A stretch of DNA of 64,000 nucleotides from an uncultured Candidatus Rokubacteria bacterium (GTDB lineage: Bacteria; Methylomirabilota; Methylomirabilia; Rokubacteriales; DASRDR01). The notes below the pieces were generated by a model, which searched no databases, had not been told where the DNA came from, and saw only the letters and a program-made list of their open reading frames with translations. Location of the stretch: the NCBI GenBank assembly GCA_963826115.1, contig CAWGVS010000005.1, forward strand, positions 32,001 to 96,000, in the 5' to 3' direction. A program made the position numbers and the translations under genes. Numbering within the stretch: the stretch's first letter is position 1; every line of letters begins with the position of its first letter. Below are positions 57,342 through 64,000 of the stretch, one piece after another.

Positions 57342-59639
57342 ATGACCCAGGGTTCATCCATCGGCCGGTCCGTCCGCCGCCTCGACGGCGGGGAGAAGGT
57401 CACCGGCCTCACGCGCTTCGCGGGCGACGTCCAGCTGCCGCGCATGGTCCACGCCCGTCTCGTCCTGAGCCCGCACGCCCACGCGCGGATCACGCGCATC
57501 GACGGCCGCGCCGCCGCGGCCCGGGCCGGCGTGCTCGGCGTCTTCGCCGCGGCCGACCTCGGTCTCGTCAACGTCGACCCGACCGCGCGGAGCAAGTCGC
57601 CGCTGGCCCTCGACCACGCGCTCTTCGTGGGACACCCCGTGGCGGCGGTCGTGGCCGAGACGGCGGCCATCGCCGAGGACGCGGCCGCCCTCGTCGAGGT
57701 CGACTACGAGCCGCTTCCGGCCGCGCTGGAGGCGCTCGCCGCGATGCGGCAGGACGCGCCGCGCGTGCGCGCCGCGGCCGCCGCGGGCGGCGAGGCGGAG
57801 CTGGCCATGCACGGCGCGGCGACCGGCGGCGAGCGGCTCCGCGAGACCGTCGGCCCGAACGTCGTGAGCACCCAGCGCTTCCACCGGGGCGACGTGGCCC
57901 GGGGCTTCGCCGAGGCCGATGTGGTCGTCGAGCGCCGCTTCGAGACGCCCATGGTGCACCAGGGCTACCTCGAGCCGCGCGCGGTCGTCGCGGACGTGGA
58001 CCCCCTCGGGGCGCTCACCGTGTGGACCGCGACCCAGGCGCTCTTCTTCACGCGATCGGAGGTCTCTGAGGTGCTCGGGCTGCCCGAGCATCAGGTGAAG
58101 GTCGTGGCGACGCCCCTCGGGGGCGGATTCGGCGCGAAGTTCGTGCTCCTCGAGCCCCTCGCCGCGGCGCTCGCGCTGCGCCTCCGCCGGCCGGTCTCGG
58201 TCGTCATGACCCGCACCGAGGAGTTCCTGTCGACGACGCCGGCCCCGCCCGCGGTGATCGAGCTCAAGGTCGGAGCGCGCCGCGACGGGACCCTCACCGC
58301 CCTCGAGGGCCGGGCGGTGTTCGACGCCGGCGCCTACGCGGGCGCGCCGCTCGGCATCGCGCTCCTCCTGATGGGCAGCTATTACCAGGTGCCGAACATC
58401 GAGCTCCGCGGCTACGAGGTGCTCACGCACAAGCCCGGTAACGGCGCGTACCGCGCGCCGGGCGCGGTGCAGGGGACCTTCGCGATCGAATCGGTCATGG
58501 ACGAGCTCGCGCGGGCGACCGGGCTCGACCCGATCGACCTCCGGCTCCTCAACGCGTCGCGGCCGGGCGACCCGATGGTGACCGGCCAGCCCTGGCCGAA
58601 GATGGGCCTCGTGGAGTGCCTGGAGCGGCTCCGCGAGGAGCGCGGCCGTCGCGCCACGCGCCGCCGCCGCCCGCGAACCGGGCGGTACCGGCGGGGATCG
58701 GGGGTCGCCGTCGGGGGCTGGATGGGCGGGGTCGAGCCCGCCAACGCCGCGTGCCGCCTGGACCGCGACGGGACGGTCAGCATCCTCGTGGGCACCGTCG
58801 ACATGAGCGGCACCAACACCGCGTTCGCCCAGATCGCCGCCGAGGCGTTCGGCATCCCGTTCGAGGACGTCCGCGTGATCAACGGCGACAGTGACACCGC
58901 GCCGTACGCGGGGGCGAGCGGCGGCAGCAAGATCACCTACACCGTGGGCCTGGCCGTGGAGCGCGCCGCCCGCGAGGCCCGGCGGCAGCTCCTCGCCATC
59001 GCCGCCGACCGGCTCGAGGCCTCGATGGAGGACCTCGAGATCGTCGACCGCGCGGTGCGCGTCCGCGGCGTCCCCGCGCGCGCCGTCGCCCTCGGCGACC
59101 TCGCCAAGGCGAGCATGCAGTTCGGCGCGAAGTACGAGCCCGTGTACGGGCGGGGCGGGAGCGCGACGGTCGCGCGCTCGCCGGCGTTCGCCGCCCACTG
59201 GAGCGAGGTCGAGGTGGACACGGAGACCGGCGCGGTCCGGGTGACCGGCCACCTGGCCGTGCAGGACGTCGGGCGGGCCATCAACCCGGCGGCCGTCGAG
59301 GGACAGATCCAGGGCGGCGTGGTGCAGGGGATCGGCTGGGCGCTCCTCGAGCGGATGCCGTACGACGAGGCGGGCCAGCTCCTCGCGGCGACGCTGATGG
59401 ACTACGCCTTGCCCCAGAGCGACCAGGTGCCGAGCGTGGAGTCCGTCCTGCTCGAGGTGCATTCCGACCACGGCCCCTTCGGCGCCAAGGGCGTGGGCGA
59501 GCCGCCGATCGTCGGCGTGCCCGCCGCGATCGCGAACGCGGTCGCCGCCGCGACCGGGCATCGGTTCACGTCGCTCCCGATCACGGCGCACGAGGTCGTC
59601 GCGGCACTGGACGGCCACGCCGGCGGCCGGGCGGGCTGA
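57342..59639 (+). CDS. Xanthine dehydrogenase/aldehyde oxidase family molybdopterin-binding subunit
   Basis: DGGEKVTG, HQGYLEP, GGGFGAK, AYRAPG, GQIQGG..QGIG, GAKGVGE, AIANAV. Confidence 0.92.
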   Translation: MTQGSSIGRSVRRLDGGEKVTGLTRFAGDVQLPRMVHARLVLSPHAHARITRIDGRAAAARAGVLGVFAAADLGLVNVDPTARSKSPLALDHALFVGHPVAAVVAETAAIAEDAAALVEVDYEPLPAALEALAAMRQDAPRVRAAAAAGGEAELAMHGAATGGERLRETVGPNVVSTQRFHRGDVARGFAEADVVVERRFETPMVHQGYLEPRAVVADVDPLGALTVWTATQALFFTRSEVSEVLGLPEHQVKVVATPLGGGFGAKFVLLEPLAAALALRLRRPVSVVMTRTEEFLSTTPAPPAVIELKVGARRDGTLTALEGRAVFDAGAYAGAPLGIALLLMGSYYQVPNIELRGYEVLTHKPGNGAYRAPGAVQGTFAIESVMDELARATGLDPIDLRLLNASRPGDPMVTGQPWPKMGLVECLERLREERGRRATRRRRPRTGRYRRGSGVAVGGWMGGVEPANAACRLDRDGTVSILVGTVDMSGTNTAFAQIAAEAFGIPFEDVRVINGDSDTAPYAGASGGSKITYTVGLAVERAAREARRQLLAIAADRLEASMEDLEIVDRAVRVRGVPARAVALGDLAKASMQFGAKYEPVYGRGGSATVARSPAFAAHWSEVEVDTETGAVRVTGHLAVQDVGRAINPAAVEGQIQGGVVQGIGWALLERMPYDEAGQLLAATLMDYALPQSDQVPSVESVLLEVHSDHGPFGAKGVGEPPIVGVPAAIANAVAAATGHRFTSLPITAHEVVAALDGHAGGRAG

Positions 59640-60895
59640 TGGCGGCGACGCGCGAAGCGGCGGCGGCCTCGCCGGAGCTTCGCCAGCGGGTTCTGGGGCG
59701 GATCGACGACGACGAGGTCGTCCGGCTCGCCCAGGACCTGATCCGGATCCCGTCGTTCACGACCGAGGAGACCCCCTGCGCGGAGTGGCTGGCGAACTAC
59801 CTCGCCGACCAGGGCCTCGAGGTGGAGCTCCAGGAGATCGAGCCGGGGCGGAAGCAGGCCGTGGCCCGCCTCCGCGGCACGGGCGGCGGCCGGTCGATCA
59901 TGCTCAACGGACACATCGACATCGATCCGCTCGCGAGCGGCTGGACCCGCGATCCCTTCGAGCCCTGGATCGCCGAGGGTCGCCTGTACGGCCACGGGAT
60001 CTTCAACATGAAGGCGGGCGTGACCGCGAACATCATGGCCGCGCTCGCGCTCCGCCGGGCGGGCGCGCCGCTGCGGGGCGACGTCGTGGTGGCGTGCGTG
60101 GCCGCGGAGCTCAACAGCGGGATCGGCACGATCCACGCGATCCGGCACGGCGGGCGGACGGACATGGCGGTCGTCTCCGAGCCGTACGGCGCCGACACGA
60201 TCCTCACGAAGCACACCGGGACCATGGACGTCGTGGTCCACACGCTCGGGCGGGCAACGCACATCAGCAAGAAGGAGCAGGGCGTGGACGCCATCGGGCT
60301 GATGATCCGGGCCATCGGCGCGCTGAACGCCATGCGCTTCACCCACGTCCACGACCCGGACCTGCCGGGCCTCCCGCGCCTGAACGTCGGCTCCATCGTC
60401 GGCGGCCGGGGCCGGAGCCACGAGCTGCGCGGCGCCTACACGGTCAGCGACCACTGCACGGCGTACGTCAACGTGCGCTTCAACGCGAGCCAGACCGGCG
60501 AGACCATCCTCGCCGACTTCCGCCGGACGCTCGACGGGCTCGCGGCCGAGGACCCGACCTTCCGGTACGAGATCGAGTTCCCGCCCGCGCTCGAGCGCGG
60601 GCTCGGGCGGCTCGCGAAGGCCGCGGTCGACGTGCCGAAGACCGAGCCCGTCGTGCAGATGGTGCGGTGCAGCCTCCACGCCCTGACCGGGCGCGAGCCC
60701 GAGCACTTCGGGGTCCGGCTGCCCCAGAGCTACGCCGGGAACGACACGACGCACCTCTGGGCCGCGGGCATCCCGTGCTGTCTCTACGGGCCCGGCGGCG
60801 GGTATACGGACTACCATGACGTGCACGTCACCCTCGCGGACCTGTTCCTGTGCACGAGGGTCCTGGCCCTGACCGCGCTGGAAGCGGCCCTGTGA
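59639..60895 (+). CDS. M20-family (ArgE/DapE-like) metallo-amidohydrolase with atypical metal site
   Basis: LIRIPS, NGHID, GIFNMKAG, VSEP, GRATH, YGPG. Overlaps the upstream stop. Confidence 0.82.
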   Translation: MAATREAAAASPELRQRVLGRIDDDEVVRLAQDLIRIPSFTTEETPCAEWLANYLADQGLEVELQEIEPGRKQAVARLRGTGGGRSIMLNGHIDIDPLASGWTRDPFEPWIAEGRLYGHGIFNMKAGVTANIMAALALRRAGAPLRGDVVVACVAAELNSGIGTIHAIRHGGRTDMAVVSEPYGADTILTKHTGTMDVVVHTLGRATHISKKEQGVDAIGLMIRAIGALNAMRFTHVHDPDLPGLPRLNVGSIVGGRGRSHELRGAYTVSDHCTAYVNVRFNASQTGETILADFRRTLDGLAAEDPTFRYEIEFPPALERGLGRLAKAAVDVPKTEPVVQMVRCSLHALTGREPEHFGVRLPQSYAGNDTTHLWAAGIPCCLYGPGGGYTDYHDVHVTLADLFLCTRVLALTALEAAL

Positions 60896-62046
60896 CGGGC
60901 GCGGCCGACGTGCGCTACGTCGACCCCGCGACCGGCCGCACGTATCCCCTGGCCGAGCCGCGATGGTGCGGTGACGACGGCCACTACCTGAACCTCGAGC
61001 CCGGGCCGGGGCTCGGGCGGGACGACATCGACCCGGGCCAGGACTCGGTCTGGCGCTACGCGAAGGCGCTCCTCGTCGACCCGGGCGACGCCGTCAGCAT
61101 GGGCGAGGGCTGGACGCCGCTGGTCGCGGGCACGTGGGCCGGCGCCCCCGTCCTGTTCAAGCTCGAGTTCCTGATGCCGACGGGGTCGTTCAAGGACCGC
61201 GGCATGACGGTGATGGTGAGCTACCTGAAGAGCCGCGGCGTCGACCGCGTGCTCGAGGACTCGTCGGGGAACGCCGGCGCGTCGCTCTCCGCCTACGCGG
61301 CGCGGAGCGGCCTGTCGTGCCGCATCCTGGTGCCCGAGACGGCGTCCTACCCGAAGATCGCCCAGATCGCCGCGTGCGGCGCCGACGTCGTCACGATCCG
61401 GGGCTCGCGCCAGGACGTCGCCGAGGCCGCGCTCCGGCAGAGCGCGGACATCTTCTACGCGAGCCACAACTGGCAGCCGACGTTCGTGGAGGGCGTGAAG
61501 ACGCTCGCGTACGAGCTGTGGGAGCAGCTCGCCTTCAACGCGCCCGACAACGTCGTCGTGCCCCTCGGCTACGGGAGCAACGTCCTCGGCTGCGAGCGCG
61601 GCTTCGACGAGCTCCTCCGGCGTGGCGAGATCGTCCGGCGGCCGCGGCTCTTCGGCGTCCAGGCGGCGAACTGCGCCCCCTACCACGCGGCCTTCCGGGC
61701 GGGGGTCGAGCACCTCGTGCCCACGACGATCGCGCCGACCGTCGCCGAGGGCATCGCCTCGGCCAAGCCCACGCGGGTGGCCGAGGTGCTCCGCGCCGTG
61801 CGGGAGAGCGGGGGCAGCGTGGTGACGGTCGACGAAGCGGAGATCGTGGAGGCGCTCGGGACCCTGGCGCGCAAGGGGCTCTACGTGGAGCCCACGTCCG
61901 CGGCGGCCGCGGCGGGGCTCGGCCGGCTCCTCGAGACGGGCGCCATCCGGCCCGACGAGACGACCGTGCTCGTCCTGACCGGATCGGGCCTCAAGGCGTC
62001 CGCGAGCATCGGCGAGCTCCTGAAGCTCGGCGCGCGGGGCGACTGA
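60892..62046 (+). CDS. Threonine synthase-like PLP enzyme (fold type II)
   Basis: MGEGWTPL, PTGSFKDRG, SSGNAGAS, EPTSA, LTGSGLK. GTGA overlap. Confidence 0.88.
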   Translation: MTGAADVRYVDPATGRTYPLAEPRWCGDDGHYLNLEPGPGLGRDDIDPGQDSVWRYAKALLVDPGDAVSMGEGWTPLVAGTWAGAPVLFKLEFLMPTGSFKDRGMTVMVSYLKSRGVDRVLEDSSGNAGASLSAYAARSGLSCRILVPETASYPKIAQIAACGADVVTIRGSRQDVAEAALRQSADIFYASHNWQPTFVEGVKTLAYELWEQLAFNAPDNVVVPLGYGSNVLGCERGFDELLRRGEIVRRPRLFGVQAANCAPYHAAFRAGVEHLVPTTIAPTVAEGIASAKPTRVAEVLRAVRESGGSVVTVDEAEIVEALGTLARKGLYVEPTSAAAAAGLGRLLETGAIRPDETTVLVLTGSGLKASASIGELLKLGARGD

Positions 62047-62050
62047 GCCC

Positions 62051-62374
62051 ATGCGGCTGACGCCGACCGAGCTCGACCGCCTGGCGATCTTCACCGCCGC
62101 CGAGCTCGCCCGCCGCCGGCGCGCGAAGGGCTGGCGGCTCACGTATCCGGAGGCGCTGGCGCTCATCTGCGACGAGATGCACGAGGCCGCGCGCGGGGGC
62201 GCGTCCTACGCGGAGGTCGTCCAGACGGCCCGCGGCGTCCTCACCGAGGACGACGTGCTGGACGGGGTCGCCGATCTGGTCGGCACCGTGAAGCTGGAGT
62301 GCCTGTTCGGAGACGGCACCCGAGTCCTCCACGTGGAGCGGCCGATCGGGCCGGGCCGGCGGCCGACGGCATGA
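62051..62374 (+). CDS. ureA: Urease-like gamma subunit
   Basis: MRLTPTE.DRL.IF.AAELARRR, YPEALALI, F.DGT....V..PI. Confidence 0.88.
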   Translation: MRLTPTELDRLAIFTAAELARRRRAKGWRLTYPEALALICDEMHEAARGGASYAEVVQTARGVLTEDDVLDGVADLVGTVKLECLFGDGTRVLHVERPIGPGRRPTA

Positions 62375-62769
62375 GGCCGGGGGAGGTCCTGTTCGCCGAG
62401 GGGACGATCGTCCTGAACGCCGGCCGGCCCACCGTCGAGGTGAGCGTGACCAACACCTCGGCGCACACGATCTTCATCAGCTCCCACTTCCCGTTCTTCG
62501 AGGTGAACCGCCGGCTCGAGCTCGACCGCGCCCGGGCCTGGGGCATGCACCTCGACATCCCTGCCGGCGACGCGGAGCGCTGGCGCCCGGGCGAGACCCG
62601 GATCGTGCGGCTCGTCGCCTTCGGGGGCGCGCGCGCGGTGCGCGGGTTCAACGGGCTCACGGACGGCCCGGCCACGCCCGAGCGCCTGGCCGGGGGCCTC
62701 GCGCGGGCCCGCGCGGGCGGGTACGCGCACCGGGATGCGGGCGCCCCGGAGGCCTCCCGTGGCCGGTGA
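62371..62769 (+). CDS. ureB: Urease-like beta subunit
   Basis: MRPGEV, LNAGR, SHFPFFEVN, GMHLDIPAG, PGETR.V.LV.FGG...V.GFNGL. ATGA overlap. Confidence 0.88.
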   Translation: MRPGEVLFAEGTIVLNAGRPTVEVSVTNTSAHTIFISSHFPFFEVNRRLELDRARAWGMHLDIPAGDAERWRPGETRIVRLVAFGGARAVRGFNGLTDGPATPERLAGGLARARAGGYAHRDAGAPEASRGR

Positions 62770-64000
62770 GCTGACGCGCCCCGAGTACTCGGGGCGCTAC
62801 GGGCCCACCACCGGCGACCGCGTGCGGCTGGGGGACACCGACCTCCTCCTCCGGATCGACCGCGACGAGTCGAGCTACGGCGACGAGGTGCTGCGCGGCT
62901 GGGCCAAGACGTTGCGCACCGGGATCATGACCAACGCCGAGCTGCCGGCGGCGAGCGAGCTCGACCTCATCGTCACGAACGTGATCGTGATGGACCCCGT
63001 CCTCGGCATCTTCAAGGGGAACATCGGGGTGAAGGACGGCGTGATCGTCGGCGTGGGGCGCGCCGGCAACCCGGACGTCGTGGACAACCCGGACCTCCTG
63101 ATCGGCTCCAACACGGTGCCGGTGTACGGCCAGGGCTACATCGCGACGCCCGGCGGCATCGACACCCACGTCCACCTGGTCCAGCCGCGCCTCATCCCGG
63201 CCGCGCTGGCCGCGGGCATGACGACCCTGATCACCGGCGGCCTCAACGAGAACCCGGCCTTCAACCTGGACCACATGTTCCTTGCCTTCGAGGGGTTCCC
63301 GGTGAACCTCGGCGTGCTCGGCCGCGCCGCCAGCTACGTGGCCGCCCCGCTCGAGCGGCAGATCGAGTCGGGCGCGTGCGGCCTCAAGGTGCACGAGGAC
63401 TACGCGGGGTACCCGAGCATCGTCGACGCGGCGCTGACCGTCGCCGACGCCTACGACGTCCAGATCGCGATGCACACCGACGGCCTCAACGAGTCGTGCG
63501 AGCTCCACGAGACCGTCGCCGCGATCGCGGGGCGGAGCATCCACGCCTACCACGTGGAGGGGATCGGCGGCGGCCACTCGCCCGACATCCTGGCGATCGC
63601 GGGGATCGGCCACGTCATCGGGTCCTCGACGACGCCGACGGTGCCCTACGGCCGGAACGTCGCGGCCGAGCACCACGCCATGATGTGGTCGGTCCACGGC
63701 ATGAACCCGCGCGTCCCGAGCGACCACGTGATGATCGCCGACCGGATCCGCGAGTCCACGATGCGCGCGGAGAGCGTGCTCCACGAGCTCGGAGCGATCA
63801 GCATCATCAACTCCGACTCCCAGGGGATGGGGCGCATCGGCGAGGTGATCCGCCGGACCTGGCAGCTCGCCCACCAGATGAAGCGCATGCGGGGCGAGCG
63901 CCCGCCGCACGACAACCCGCGGATCCTCCAGTACCTCGCGAAGTACACGATCAACCCCGCGCGGGCCCACGGCGTGGACCGCTGGGTGGGCTCGCTCGAG
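62759..64000 (+). CDS. ureC: Urease-like alpha subunit, partial (runs off the window), divergent active-site periphery
   Basis: Manual translation gives YGPTTGDRVRLGDT, GRAGNPD, GGIDTHVH, GLKVHED, MHTDGLNE, AYHVEG.GGGH.PD, NSDSQGMGRIGE, KYTINPA. Absent from the ORF track because there is no stop in the window. Confidence 0.9.
   Translation, partial: MAGELTRPEYSGRYGPTTGDRVRLGDTDLLLRIDRDESSYGDEVLRGWAKTLRTGIMTNAELPAASELDLIVTNVIVMDPVLGIFKGNIGVKDGVIVGVGRAGNPDVVDNPDLLIGSNTVPVYGQGYIATPGGIDTHVHLVQPRLIPAALAAGMTTLITGGLNENPAFNLDHMFLAFEGFPVNLGVLGRAASYVAAPLERQIESGACGLKVHEDYAGYPSIVDAALTVADAYDVQIAMHTDGLNESCELHETVAAIAGRSIHAYHVEGIGGGHSPDILAIAGIGHVIGSSTTPTVPYGRNVAAEHHAMMWSVHGMNPRVPSDHVMIADRIRESTMRAESVLHELGAISIINSDSQGMGRIGEVIRRTWQLAHQMKRMRGERPPHDNPRILQYLAKYTINPARAHGVDRWVGSLE

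Noticed and set aside
57342-59639. Aerobic CO dehydrogenase large subunit (form I CoxL)
   Set aside because: The active-site loop is AYRAPG rather than AYRCSFR, and there are no coxMS or accessory genes.
1-64000. tRNA, rRNA, CRISPR arrays, IS elements, prophage genes
   Set aside because: None was recognised by eye. Intergenic spaces are short and no transposase, integrase or phage motifs appear, although a covariance-model search was not run.

Overview
This is a very GC-rich (by eye about 70% or more), gene-dense bacterial chromosomal window with about 65 CDS. I found no rRNA, tRNA, CRISPR array or recognisable transposase or integrase. The codon style and heterotrophic gene content resemble uncultured soil bacteria such as Rokubacteria/Methylomirabilota, but that is only an inference. 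The window holds housekeeping and catabolic enzymes (Qor, DAHP synthase, SDR, MBL hydrolases, LLM oxidoreductase, YjhG/YagF-type dehydratase, amidase, Rieske and TauD oxygenases, a Mo-hydroxylase subunit), ABC and TRAP transporters, and a cell-envelope block (two ArnT/GT39-like transferases, AsnB, two GT2s, PAP2). The strongest candidate for a new system is at about 31.7-35.5 kb. Two back-to-back, apparently leaderless ORFs both end in the ribosome-arrest motif RAPPA-stop, and each is followed immediately by a sequence complementary to the ribosome-binding region of the next gene. One (His/Cys motif) precedes a CopC-CopD copper operon. The other (acidic HYDGDEDD motif) precedes an ArnT-like glycosyltransferase plus AsnB operon. 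Other notable items are a urease-like enzyme with intact Ni ligands but a remodelled flap and substrate pocket, a probable AUU-initiated beta-CASP nuclease, two divergent MTAP-like phosphorylases, a triple-frameshifted enolase-superfamily gene, and a deletion or misassembly scar. All family calls come from motif recognition by eye; no database search was run.
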